Source: an uncultured Alphaproteobacteria bacterium
GTDB taxonomy: Bacteria; Pseudomonadota; Alphaproteobacteria; Rhizobiales; Xanthobacteraceae
Direction of reading: 5' to 3'
DNA length: 44,311 nt
Assembly (NCBI GenBank): GCA_965652015.1
Contig: CBFGVM010000001.1
Location: forward strand, 1-44,311
Shown here: positions 9,293 to 18,937 of the stretch, piece by piece
Numbering within the stretch: position 1 is the stretch's first letter
Layout of the letters: every line of letters begins with the position of its first letter
The notes under the pieces: generated by a model
Database searches by the model: none
Told to the model about the DNA's origin: nothing
The model's input: only the letters and a program-made list of their open reading frames with translations
Translations under genes and position numbers: made by a program

Positions 9293-10210
9293 TCATTGCC
9301 GAGCCGAAGTTTCGGTGGCGGTGACGGCTCGAACGCGGTCTCCGTCCCGGAGGAATGCGCCCGCGCGCGCAACCACCGTCTCGCCTTCGGCCAGGCCTTG
9401 ACGAACCTCGGCCTGACCCCCAGCAAGCAGGCCGACGAGCACCCGTCGGGTCTCGACCTGACCACTGCGCACCACTTGAACCACCGCGCCGCCCGGTCCG
9501 TAGAGGACTGCGGAGAGCGGAATGGCAGGGGCGCAGCGCTGCCCGATTTGGACCGTCGCGCGGCCGAACGCACCCGCGCGCAATCGCGAATCGCTGCCGA
9601 CGAAAATACGCACTTGGCCAAGTTGGGTCGTCGGATTGATCGCTCCCGAGAATACTCGCACCTTGCCTGGCAATTCTCCGACACCGATGATCTCCACTTT
9701 GGCGGATTGATCCACGGCCAGTCTGGCCAGAGTCCTGACCGGTGTCTCGGCCAGCAGTTCCATCTCGCCCTGTCCCGCGATACGGAAGAGCGGCTCCGCC
9801 TGTGCCGATGCCGCGCTACCAACGACGGCGGATGCGGACATGACGACGCCAGCCGAGGGCGCCCGTACAACGACCCCAGTGCCACCTTCTTGTCCCTCGC
9901 CGGCCGTGAGCCGCGCGAGAATTTTTCCGGAGGTGACGGTCTCGCCGGGCTCGACGAGCACCTGGGAGACCTGCAATCCCTCGCGCTCCGGCCGCACCAG
10001 AATTTCGTTCCTCGGAGCGAGCACCCCGGTCACCTGCAGCGTGTCGGCGAAGCACATGCGCTTGGCCGGCACTACCGTGACGGCGAGGTCCGACGATGCA
10101 CCGCCACTGTTGCCCTCCGCCGCGGATGCCGGCAAGGAGAACCCAAGATGTGCAACGGCGGCCGAAACAGCCAGCCCTAGAACATAGTTTCTGCGCGGGG
10201 TGATCGTCAT
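9293..10210 (-). CDS. efflux RND periplasmic adaptor subunit (second of two; no alpha-hairpin)
   Basis: 305 aa with a signal peptide. The lipoyl halves (VTGVLAPRNEILVRPEREGLQVSQVLVEPGETVTSGKILARL ... VVRAPSAGVV) are joined by only about 12 residues. Beta-barrel and membrane-proximal segments are typical of membrane fusion proteins. The start ATG overlaps the upstream stop (TGATG at 10208..10212). Confidence 0.85.
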   Translation of the reverse strand: MTITPRRNYVLGLAVSAAVAHLGFSLPASAAEGNSGGASSDLAVTVVPAKRMCFADTLQVTGVLAPRNEILVRPEREGLQVSQVLVEPGETVTSGKILARLTAGEGQEGGTGVVVRAPSAGVVMSASAVVGSAASAQAEPLFRIAGQGEMELLAETPVRTLARLAVDQSAKVEIIGVGELPGKVRVFSGAINPTTQLGQVRIFVGSDSRLRAGAFGRATVQIGQRCAPAIPLSAVLYGPGGAVVQVVRSGQVETRRVLVGLLAGGQAEVRQGLAEGETVVARAGAFLRDGDRVRAVTATETSARQ

Positions 10211-11139
10211 CAGCGCTGCCCCATTCGGGCCGGCTCAACGATGGTCGGCGTGACCTTGTCGCCGTCCCGCAGCGAGGTGCCTGCATTGGCGACGATCATC
10301 TCACCTTCTTTGAGGCCGCTCACGATTTCGGTGTGGGTATCGGACTGAAGCCCGACCTGAACCATCCTCGTCTCGATAAGGTCGTCGCGTATGACCTGCA
10401 CGCTCGTGCCCTGGGTGCGGTAGCGCACCGCCGAACTGGGAACCGATACGCCGCAGCTTCGCTTCGCATCGATCGTGGCGCGGGCGAACATTCCGAGCCG
10501 CAGCTGAGGATCGCGCTCCAACGCAATTCGTGCCCGGCCCAGTTGCGTTCGCTGGTCGATCGCAGCGGGGGCCAGGCGAACCTGGCCGGACAGCTCACGG
10601 CCGGGGGCGATCTCCGTGCGAGCGCTCTGACCCGACGCGAGCGCCGGCACATGGACGCTCGGCACGTCGGCTTCGAGTTCGATCGCATTATCAACCGCAA
10701 TGCGAAACAGTGGCTCAGGCGACATCGGGGACGCCGTGGCTCCCACCACAGCCGTGCTTCGGGTGATGACGCCGGCGGCAGGCGCCCGTAATGTCGCGCT
10801 CGTTGCAGAGCCGCCACCCGGGCCCGGGGCAGCTGGACGGTTCACACGGGCGAGCGTCTGACCGGCCGTCACCCGGTCCCCCTCTTTTACCGATACCTCG
10901 ACCACGGTCGTCCCGGGCACATCGAGTGTCACCACGGCCTCCTCCCGTGCGACGAGAAAGCCGGTGACGCGAATGGATGCCGAGAAGCAGGCGTTCGTCG
11001 CGCGGACCGCGACCACTTGCGCAGCCGGCTGGGAACTGGTCTCGCCTCGTGCCGACCAGGGCGCCGCCGTGGCCGCGATGAGGAAGGTCACTCCTGCGGT
11101 GGGGATGATTAGCGGAGCAAAAGCTCTCATGGCGCGCAC
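10210..11139 (-). CDS. efflux RND periplasmic adaptor subunit (first of two; no alpha-hairpin)
   Basis: 309 aa. GTG at 11139 or, more likely, ATG at 11130 (MRAFAPLIIP...). It is a paralog of 9293..10210 with the same architecture (VTGFLVAREEAVVTLDVPGTTVVEVSVKEGDRVTAGQTLARV, short Gly/Pro linker, LRAPAAGVI). Confidence 0.85.
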   Translation of the reverse strand: MRAMRAFAPLIIPTAGVTFLIAATAAPWSARGETSSQPAAQVVAVRATNACFSASIRVTGFLVAREEAVVTLDVPGTTVVEVSVKEGDRVTAGQTLARVNRPAAPGPGGGSATSATLRAPAAGVITRSTAVVGATASPMSPEPLFRIAVDNAIELEADVPSVHVPALASGQSARTEIAPGRELSGQVRLAPAAIDQRTQLGRARIALERDPQLRLGMFARATIDAKRSCGVSVPSSAVRYRTQGTSVQVIRDDLIETRMVQVGLQSDTHTEIVSGLKEGEMIVANAGTSLRDGDKVTPTIVEPARMGQR

Positions 11140-11156
11140 CGGAGTTCTGGTCTGTG

Positions 11157-14100
11157 CTAGCGCTCGGCCGACGAGTGGCCGTCGGGGATGGCCGCTTTGG
11201 GTGCGCCGGCCGGCGCCGGCTCGTCCGCCTTTCCGATAAAACGCCCGGCCAGACGGAATCCCAGGTGCCCAAGATCGTCCATCAAGGTGAAGAAAGCGGG
11301 CACGAAAATCAGCGACAGCAGCGTAGAGACGAGCAGCCCGCCGATGACCGCGATCGCCATCGGCGAGCGCAGCTCGCCGCCGGCGCCGAATGCGAGCGCG
11401 CTTGGAAGCATGCCGGCTGCCATTGCAATCGTCGTCATTACGATCGGGCGGGCGCGCTTCTGACCGGCCTCGATGATGGCCGTGTCGCGATCGACACCTC
11501 TCTGAATGGCTTCAATGGCAAAGTCGACCAGCATGATCGCGTTCTTGGTGACGATTCCCAGTAGCATCAGCATGCCGATGACGACCGGAGTGGTCATCGG
11601 CAAATTCGTCACGATCAGCGCGAGGATCGCCCCGCCAATCGACAGCGGCAGCGAAAACAGAATGGTCAGTGGTTGCAGCAAGCTACCGAACAAAAGCACA
11701 AGCACTGCGTATACCATCATCAGGCCATTGCGCATCGATGAGCCGAAGCCCTCGAACAGCTCCGCCTGGAGCTCGGCATCGCCGCCTTCCGAGACCTTGA
11801 CGCCGGGCGGGAGGTTCTTCATCACCGGGAGTGCATTTACCGCCTTCGACACTTCGCTGAGCGCGGCGCCGCCCACGATATCGGCTTCCACGCTGGCCTG
11901 CGGCTGGCGGTCATAACGGCTGATCCCGATCGGGCCGTCCTCGAACCTGATGTCGGCAAGCGCCATGAGCGGCACTCCCCCGCTACGGGGAGAGGGGACA
12001 CGGATCTGCTCCAGTACCTGCGGATCGGCTCGCGCATTCTCCTCGAGCAGAACGCGGATCGGCACAACCCGATCGCCGGCGTCGAATTTTGCCAACGCAG
12101 GTCCGACATCCCCAATCGTTGCTACGCGAATCGTCTCCGACAGGCTTTCGGTCGACACTCCCAGCCGCACCGCCAAGTCCCGGCGCGGATAGATGCGCAG
12201 CTCCGGACGGTTGAGGGTGGCGGTCGATATGACGTTGGTAACGCTCGGCAGGCGGCGCATTTGCGCGGCCAACTCGGAGGCCACGTTTGCTACGGTGACG
12301 GGGTCCGCCCCGCTCACGATGAAAGTGACGTTGCGCTTTCCGTTGTCGTCGAGGAACCAGTACCGGACATCCGGGATGTCCGCGAGATCGCGGCTGATGA
12401 TGGTCTCGAGCTGACTCTGAGAATGTGTCCGCTTGCCCTTCGGCACATAATTGATGGTCAGGGCGGCCTTGCGGATATCGGTGCCGACAGGCGGCGTTCG
12501 TCCGCCATCGACGAAGACGCTCTCCACCTCCGGCCGCGTGCGCAAGCGCTTGTAGATCGTCTCGGTGGCCGCCTCGGTATCGACCAGTTGTGAGCCGGGC
12601 GGCAGCTCGACGAAAAGCAGAGACCGCGCGGTATCAGACGCCGGCAAGAAGCCGGACGGCAGCAGCGTCAGGCCGTAGATGGAAGCGGCAAACAGCAACA
12701 GGCCGGTGACGACGGTAATGAAGCGATGGCGTACTGACCAACGGACCAGTCGGGTGTAGAGGCGGGTCGTGAACCCCTCCGGCCTCTCCGCGTGCTGGTA
12801 CGGCTTGAGGAAATAGGCGGCGAGCAGGGGCGTTATGAACCGCGCGCAAAGCAAGGAAAACAACACCTGCACCGAGACCGTGATCCCGAACTGCTTGAAG
12901 AACTGGCCGGGAATCGATCCCATGAAGCTCGCCGGCACGAACACGGCGACGATGGTCAGACTGATTGCGATAACGGCTAGGCCTATTTCATCTGCCGCTT
13001 CGAGCGCCGCCTGGTACGGCGATTTGCCCATGCGGATATGCCGCACGATGTTTTCGATCTCGACGATCGCGTCGTCGACCAGGATCCCGGTGCTGAGCGT
13101 GATAGCCAGCAGGCTTATCATGTTCAGGGAAAAGCCCAGAGCGTCCATGACCCAGAATGTCGGCAAGATCGAAAGCGGCAGCGTGATCGCTGCGATCACG
13201 GTCGCCCTGAGATCGCGCAAGAATAGGAAAACGACCAGAACGGCGAGGGCGGCGCCCTCCCACAGCGTCTCCATCGCCGCATCGTACATACCGACCGTGT
13301 AGGTTACGGACGTGTCGATCAGTTTGAGGTCGACGTCCGGATGCGCGGCCTTGAGCGCTTCCACACGAGCCGCAACGCCCTTCGACACGACCACGTCGCT
13401 GACGCCCTTCGCGCGGACGATGGCAAAACCGACCACCGGCGTGCCGTTGAAGCGCGCGAAGGTCCGCGGTTCGGAAATCGTGTCGGTGACTTGTCCCAGG
13501 TCGTCCAGCCGCACCTCGCCCCCCAACGGCAAGGCAATTCTCGTCGCTGCGAGGTCGGCTAGCGTCTTGGCGCCCGCGAGCGCGCGGATCGCCTGGTCGC
13601 GCCCACCAATCTCGGCGCGTCCGCCGGCAAGATCCACGTTGCTGCCGCGTAACTGCCGGCTCACGTCGAGCGTGGTCAGGCCCACGCCCTGCACTCGAAC
13701 CGGATCGAGCCGCACCCGGATCTCTCGCTCGACGCTTCCGATCCGCTCGACGCTCCCCACGCCGCGAACGCCCTGTAGCTCGCGAACGACGACATCTTCC
13801 ACGAACCACGAGAGCTGTTCTGGGGTTTTTCCAGGGGCTATCGCGGCATAGGTCAGAATCGGCAGGCCGCTGATGTCGTAGCGCTGAACCATCGGCTCAC
13901 TGATCGTCCGCGGCAGGTCGCCGCGGACACGCGTCACCGCGTCCTTGACGTCGTTGAGCGCCCGGTCGGTATCGGTGCCCAGTCGAAATTGGATTGTCGT
14001 GCTCGAAATGCCGTCGCTGACGCCGGAGGTGATGTGATGCGCGCCGGCGACGCCGGAGACCGCATCCTCCACAGTCCTGGTGACCTGCGATTCAAGTTCG

Positions 14101-14276
14101 GCAGGTGCGGCCCCGAACTGGGCAATGGTCACCGATATCACCGGAACGTCGACGTTCGGCATGCGCGTGACCGGCAGCTTGCTGAAGCTGAGATATCCGA
14201 GCGCGCAGACCGCTGCGGCGATGACGAGAGGGGGGAGGGGGTGACGGATCGCCCACGCCGAGACATTGAGCGCCAT
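11157..14276 (-). CDS. efflux RND transporter permease subunit (AcrB/HAE1-like)
   Basis: 1039 aa with the canonical N-terminus MALNVSAWAIRHPLPPLVI. It has 12-TM topology with two large periplasmic loops, and the size fits the family. Confidence 0.95.
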   Translation of the reverse strand: MALNVSAWAIRHPLPPLVIAAAVCALGYLSFSKLPVTRMPNVDVPVISVTIAQFGAAPAELESQVTRTVEDAVSGVAGAHHITSGVSDGISSTTIQFRLGTDTDRALNDVKDAVTRVRGDLPRTISEPMVQRYDISGLPILTYAAIAPGKTPEQLSWFVEDVVVRELQGVRGVGSVERIGSVEREIRVRLDPVRVQGVGLTTLDVSRQLRGSNVDLAGGRAEIGGRDQAIRALAGAKTLADLAATRIALPLGGEVRLDDLGQVTDTISEPRTFARFNGTPVVGFAIVRAKGVSDVVVSKGVAARVEALKAAHPDVDLKLIDTSVTYTVGMYDAAMETLWEGAALAVLVVFLFLRDLRATVIAAITLPLSILPTFWVMDALGFSLNMISLLAITLSTGILVDDAIVEIENIVRHIRMGKSPYQAALEAADEIGLAVIAISLTIVAVFVPASFMGSIPGQFFKQFGITVSVQVLFSLLCARFITPLLAAYFLKPYQHAERPEGFTTRLYTRLVRWSVRHRFITVVTGLLLFAASIYGLTLLPSGFLPASDTARSLLFVELPPGSQLVDTEAATETIYKRLRTRPEVESVFVDGGRTPPVGTDIRKAALTINYVPKGKRTHSQSQLETIISRDLADIPDVRYWFLDDNGKRNVTFIVSGADPVTVANVASELAAQMRRLPSVTNVISTATLNRPELRIYPRRDLAVRLGVSTESLSETIRVATIGDVGPALAKFDAGDRVVPIRVLLEENARADPQVLEQIRVPSPRSGGVPLMALADIRFEDGPIGISRYDRQPQASVEADIVGGAALSEVSKAVNALPVMKNLPPGVKVSEGGDAELQAELFEGFGSSMRNGLMMVYAVLVLLFGSLLQPLTILFSLPLSIGGAILALIVTNLPMTTPVVIGMLMLLGIVTKNAIMLVDFAIEAIQRGVDRDTAIIEAGQKRARPIVMTTIAMAAGMLPSALAFGAGGELRSPMAIAVIGGLLVSTLLSLIFVPAFFTLMDDLGHLGFRLAGRFIGKADEPAPAGAPKAAIPDGHSSAER

Positions 14277-14753
14277 CAGCGTTCTCCCGCCTGGGACACC
14301 GCGGCCGCGACCGTCAGATCAGACGCGAGCATCGCTTTCGCACATCAATGACAGCGGGCTAGATATCGTCGCGCGCAGCTCATCTTCGCGGGCCGAACCC
14401 CGAGATGGAAGATGACTAGTTTTAGTTATCATCGGGCAGTCGGGCCGTCCAGTGCGACTTGTCGCCATGCGGCGCACGAGAGCATGCGGTGCACTAGGCG
14501 CCGCGTCCTGTTGTGCCGTTCGTCAGACCTGGCGCGGCCCGACCGCGGCAAAAAAACCGTAATTGAATTTGTCGTTAAACCGTGGATGAATGTCGATCCG
14601 GCACGAGGGCCGGAAGCACGGCGGCATTGGCGTAGGATTAACTCCCCGTAATGTCATTATCCTGCGGCGGCAACGGCGAGGACGGTGTGAGCCGCAAACG
14701 CTTCCTCGCGCAGAGGCGGTCCGCGTACCCATAGGGGCGCGGTTTGGTGACAG

Positions 14754-16616
14754 GTGTCCGACATCGTGCCGGGTCCAGGGCCACAGAACGACAATGCAAA
14801 CGTCGTCCGCCCTATGCCGCGGCGCGACGTTGTGCATTCGATCGACACCCTCCGTGTCACCGTGCCGAGGGCGCGTCGCGTCTACTTCAGGCCGGGCATC
14901 ATCCTGCCGATCTCAAGGTTGTTCGTCTGGCTGTGGGCCATCATACGCTTTTTCTCCGGCAACCTTGTCGATGCCTTTCTGCGTCGCGCCAGCGTCCAAC
15001 GCCGCGCCGCTCGATTGCGCCGTGTCTTTGAGGCTGTCGGCGGAAGCTTTCTCAAGCTTGCGCAGCAATTGTCGCTGCGCGCCGACATGATGCCTTACGA
15101 ATATTGTGCCGAACTGGGCAAGATGCTCGATCAGGTCCCGCCCTTCCCGACCGAGCAGGCCATCGCCATCATCGAGCGTGAGCTCGGAAGGCCGCTGAGC
15201 GAGGTGTTTGCGGTATTTGATCCCAAGCCGATCGGCTCAGCATCGCTGGCTTGCGTCTATCAGGCGCATTTGAGGACTGGCGAGCGCGTGGCGGTCAAGG
15301 TGCGCCGCCCGGGGATTGGGCCGCTGATTGCCGCCGATCTGCGAGCGCTGGACTGGCTGTTGGTGGTGGGCGAGACGCTCACCATCATTCCCCCGGACAT
15401 CGGCCGCCGTTTTACGGACGATTTTCGGACCATCCTGTTCAACGAGATGAATTTTCGCGCCGAGGCGCGCTACACCGACATCTTCCGGCGGCGCGCCGCA
15501 AAGCGCAAGAAGGACGTCACCGCGCCACGGGTCTTTTTCCAATACTGCAGCGAAGAAGTGATGGTGAGCGAATTCGTCTCTGGCATTTGGATGTGGGAGC
15601 TCTTGGCTGCCGTCGATCGCAATGATCACGAATTCTTGGAAAAGGTGGGTCGTATCGGCATCGAGCCCAAGGCGCTCGCAGGTAAGCTTGTCGTCATCAT
15701 GCTCCGCGAGGCGCAGGAAGAACTGTTCTTTCATGCCGACCCGCATCCGGCGAACCTTGTGATCATGCCGAACAACAAGGTCTGCTTCCTCGATTTCGGT
15801 GCCATCGGGCGATTCTCGACCAAGACCCGCAAACTGTTCCGCGAGCTCCAGCACCACATGTCGCGGGGCGACATCGGACGGATCGCCACTACCGCGTTAA
15901 GTCTCGCCGGGCCGCTTCCGCCCATGGATCTCGAGCGACTTCGCACCGAGATGGAGAGGATCTACTCCGATTGGGTTTACGCCATGAACAGCAGGGATGC
16001 TGAATGGTGGGAGAAGAGCAGCGGGCAGGCTTGGCTGCGCTTCATGGAGGTTGCGCGAGAATTCCAGATCCCCGCGAACTATGAGGGAATACAGTTCATT
16101 CGAACGTCGTTTTCGTACGATGCCATCATCACGCGGTTGAACCGAGATATCAACATCGTGAAGGAATATGAAACCTATGCCCGGCAAGCCGGCAAGGAGG
16201 CGCGCGAACGCGTGAAGCAGACCTTGCGCCAGCGGCTGCGCGGGCCGACAGATATGGATTACCTGCAGATGGAGGAGTTCGGCGACATGCTTTCGCAGTC
16301 TTTCTTCCAATTGCAGCGGAATCTTGAGAACCCGATCTTCCAATTCAAGAACGTGGTCGGAAAGATCGCCTATATCGCGTCACTTGTGCTCAAGCTCGGC
16401 TATCTGGTTGCCGCTGCGATTGGGATTGGTCTGATCGCGAATGCCGTGGCGAGGAACTGGTTCAACACCGAAATCAACTGGGCTCCCATCCTTGAACGGG
16501 CGACGACGTTTGGCTGGGTCCAGCTGCTCTTGATCATCATTGTTTTGATTGTGATCCGCAGGATCGTGATCCGATTGAACATGCCCGACACGAGGCCCCC
16601 ATCGGGAGCCGGCTGA
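14754..16616 (+). CDS. ABC1/UbiB-family atypical protein kinase with C-terminal TM helices
   Basis: 620 aa with ABC1 signatures (FLKLAQQLSLRADMMPYEYCAELGKMLDQVPPF; IGSASLACVYQAHLRTGERVAVKVRRPGI; FHADPHPANL). There are two C-terminal hydrophobic helices. The start is uncertain: GTG at 14754 or ATG at 14814. Confidence 0.85.
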   Translation: MSDIVPGPGPQNDNANVVRPMPRRDVVHSIDTLRVTVPRARRVYFRPGIILPISRLFVWLWAIIRFFSGNLVDAFLRRASVQRRAARLRRVFEAVGGSFLKLAQQLSLRADMMPYEYCAELGKMLDQVPPFPTEQAIAIIERELGRPLSEVFAVFDPKPIGSASLACVYQAHLRTGERVAVKVRRPGIGPLIAADLRALDWLLVVGETLTIIPPDIGRRFTDDFRTILFNEMNFRAEARYTDIFRRRAAKRKKDVTAPRVFFQYCSEEVMVSEFVSGIWMWELLAAVDRNDHEFLEKVGRIGIEPKALAGKLVVIMLREAQEELFFHADPHPANLVIMPNNKVCFLDFGAIGRFSTKTRKLFRELQHHMSRGDIGRIATTALSLAGPLPPMDLERLRTEMERIYSDWVYAMNSRDAEWWEKSSGQAWLRFMEVAREFQIPANYEGIQFIRTSFSYDAIITRLNRDINIVKEYETYARQAGKEARERVKQTLRQRLRGPTDMDYLQMEEFGDMLSQSFFQLQRNLENPIFQFKNVVGKIAYIASLVLKLGYLVAAAIGIGLIANAVARNWFNTEINWAPILERATTFGWVQLLLIIIVLIVIRRIVIRLNMPDTRPPSGAG

Positions 16617-16986
16617 GAGACGCACGGGTTCGCGAATGGAGATCGATAACGGCGTCGGAGGAATCCATGTGCCCCGGCCTAGCCGTCCAAGTAATGCACA
16701 GTCAGCCTCGTGTTTTTTCGTCGACAGAGCAAGCATCGGGCCGGCAAGCTCCGCCACGTCGTGCGACCATCCGCCTCCTTGCGAATGCTCGGTTGCCGAA
16801 CCCGTGGATGGGGGGTAACATAAATGTCGAGAATTCTAAGAGCCGGAGGCGTGGCGGAAGCAGGATGTTATCGCCCGAGTGACCTGGGCCGTGCGAAGCC
16901 GCCAACCGCGAGCGGCACGCCGACCGGACCGGATCGCGGGCGAACGGTGCTTTGAGATTCTACCCCCCAGGACCAGGAAGGACGCC

Positions 16987-17349
16987 ATGGACAAGCTCGT
17001 CAGACGTGTCACGGTTGTTCAGAGCAGCGGCGAACATCGCACGAGCAAGGTCGTCTATGAACGCGACGAGGATGAGGACGAAGGCGACGACGAGGATCGT
17101 GAGCCCAACCTCAAGTCGTTGGAGCGTGCGGTGAGGCACATGTTGAAGGCGCAGCTTATCTCGGCCCAGGATGCTTATCAGCGTCATCTCGATGCTGCCG
17201 CGAAGGGCGGAAACTCGTGGCTCGTCGATGACGCCTTGAACATGATGAAGATCCCCCGCAAAGCCGCGAAGGAGCTGCGAAAGGCTTCCCCCTTCCGTAC
17301 GGTCAAGGTGGAAGTCGAAGATGAAGACGACGAAGATGAAGGAGATTGA
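16987..17349 (+). CDS. hypothetical acidic protein
   Basis: ATG at 16987 is preceded by AGGAAGGA. 120 aa, with poly-acidic tracts (DEDEDEGDDEDRE; EVEDEDDEDEGD). No family recognised. Confidence 0.55.
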   Translation: MDKLVRRVTVVQSSGEHRTSKVVYERDEDEDEGDDEDREPNLKSLERAVRHMLKAQLISAQDAYQRHLDAAAKGGNSWLVDDALNMMKIPRKAAKELRKASPFRTVKVEVEDEDDEDEGD

Positions 17350-17351
17350 GG

Positions 17352-17618
17352 ATGGCGACAACGGCAGCGGGCACCACCGAGCATCGGGAGCCGCGGGAGA
17401 AGGCCAGCAAGCCCGAGATCGTCATCGTCGATCTCGACAAGGCGCAGAGCCCGCGGGACGTTAGGCTTCTTCGCAAGGGCCGGGGCAAGCTGGCGTCCCG
17501 TGTCGAGCACATTGTCAACGACCTGACCGCCGCCGGCACCGTCAAGCCGACGGCGCAGCCCGTCGTGATCGTGGTGCGCGAATCGGCGTCGCCGTTCTCT
17601 TTCCTGGAAGACGATTGA
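17352..17618 (+). CDS. hypothetical small protein, coupled to 16987..17349
   Basis: The ATG lies 2 nt after the upstream stop. 88 aa with the core EIVIVDLDKAQSPRDVRLLRKGRGKLASRVEHIV...PVVIVVRE. No family recognised with confidence. Confidence 0.5.
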   Translation: MATTAAGTTEHREPREKASKPEIVIVDLDKAQSPRDVRLLRKGRGKLASRVEHIVNDLTAAGTVKPTAQPVVIVVRESASPFSFLEDD

Positions 17619-17661
17619 GCGGGCGCGGACCGCACGAGCAGACATCCCTCCTCGCCGCGTT

Positions 17662-17681
17662 CCCTCGCCCGGGGGCGAGGG
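17662..17681. terminator. GC-rich hairpin between convergent genes (bidirectional terminator candidate)
   Basis: ccctcgcc (17662-17669), cggg, ggcgaggg (17674-17681) form an 8-bp perfect stem. It lies in the 89-nt gap between stop codons at 17618 (+) and 17708 (-). There is no clear U-run. Confidence 0.3.
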
Positions 17682-17707
17682 TGCCCGTTCGTGTCTGCCG
17701 ACCGCGG

Positions 17708-18937
17708 CTATCGGGGTGGTTCGCCCGCAGCTGAGATGATGCGTCCCACAGCGGACGTGAACATCGGCTTCAGCAGCAAGGACATGCCCGGCTGGTTTGC
17801 GAGCGCGAAAATCCCATTGCGCAGCCGAAGTTTCCATTGGGTGGTCGGCGCGCTCCAACGCGCCATTCGTCGCCCGGCGGCTTGCTGCCGTTCGATGGCG
17901 GGTTTCAGTAGCGCTTCGTAACGCTCGAGCGCGACCTCGATGCTCTGCTGCCGCAGCAATTCCTGCGCCAACAGATAAGCCGCCGCCATCGCGAGCGATG
18001 CGCCTTGCGCCGCCAGTACTGATACCGCTTGGCACGCATCGCCGACCAAGCCGACGCGGTGGCGCCGCCATCTCGGCAACTCGATCTGCGCGACCTGGTC
18101 GTAGTAGATGGAGGGCAGTGCCGCGGCCCGCTCGAGCGCGACGGGAACGAGCCAGCCGAGATCGCCGAACGCGGCGCGTAGCTCAGCCAAGGGATTAGCG
18201 ACGGTGGCCGTCGGCGACGCGCGGTGAACGAAGAATGAGGCGATGCGGCCACCGCGAATGGGAAAGAAGCCCACGTGCCGCCCGCGCAGCGAGAGCAACT
18301 TGAGCTCGCCATGCAGCGCTTGAGCGAGCGTGGGATGCTCAAAGGCGAACGCGGCGGCGCGAAAGCCGAGATGGCGCACGAACGAGGCTTCATCTCCGAA
18401 CAGGTGCGCGCGCATGGCCGAATGGATGCCATCGGCCCCGATCAGGACGTCGGCCACTTCGTTTTCGCCGCTCGTGAGTGTGACGTCGATCTCAGTCTCG
18501 AGCGAGTTCAGCCTTTTGATCTCGCGGCCGAATCGAACCTCTACCGTGTCCGGCAAGTCGTCGAACAGCGCCCAAACCACGTCGCCGCGCATTAAGCTCA
18601 GCACGCGGCCGTCGAGGAGGCGCCGGAACACCTCATAATCGAGTTCCGAAACCGGCCGCTCGTGCTCGTCGATCCAGGAGACGCGGTGCACCCGGTAGCA
18701 GAGCTCCTGCAAACGCCGGAGTAGACCCATCCGTTCGGCGACCGTGTAGCCCGGACCATAGAAGTCGAACATGTACCCTTCGTCGCGAAGCCGTGCAGCC
18801 TTCTCGACGATCAGCACGCGGCAGCCGCCCCGGCCCAGCCACCAGGCCAGGGTCAAGCCGGCGATGCCGGCTCCGCAAATGATCACTCTCGCGGCGGGGG
18901 GCATGGTGAGGCCGTGCGCAGATCCCCGCGGCGCCAT
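17708..18937 (-). CDS. FAD-dependent monooxygenase (UbiH/aromatic-ring hydroxylase-like fold)
   Basis: 409 aa with the Rossmann motif VIICGAGIAGLTLAWWL, DG motif GADGIHSAMR and GD motif VGDACQAVSVLAAQGASLAMAAA. The start ATG overlaps the stop of the upstream GNAT gene (TGATG at 18935..18939). Confidence 0.85.
   Translation of the reverse strand: MAPRGSAHGLTMPPAARVIICGAGIAGLTLAWWLGRGGCRVLIVEKAARLRDEGYMFDFYGPGYTVAERMGLLRRLQELCYRVHRVSWIDEHERPVSELDYEVFRRLLDGRVLSLMRGDVVWALFDDLPDTVEVRFGREIKRLNSLETEIDVTLTSGENEVADVLIGADGIHSAMRAHLFGDEASFVRHLGFRAAAFAFEHPTLAQALHGELKLLSLRGRHVGFFPIRGGRIASFFVHRASPTATVANPLAELRAAFGDLGWLVPVALERAAALPSIYYDQVAQIELPRWRRHRVGLVGDACQAVSVLAAQGASLAMAAAYLLAQELLRQQSIEVALERYEALLKPAIERQQAAGRRMARWSAPTTQWKLRLRNGIFALANQPGMSLLLKPMFTSAVGRIISAAGEPPR

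Noticed and set aside
16879-16986. 36-codon upstream extension of the acidic-protein ORF, and similar upstream extensions of ORFs starting at 5682, 20192, 32054, 32145, 36558, 40338 and 42394
   Set aside because: In each case an internal ATG with a Shine-Dalgarno-like sequence starts a signal peptide or aligns with the paralog's N-terminus. The upstream parts are Arg-rich or overlap hairpins or intergenic repeats.
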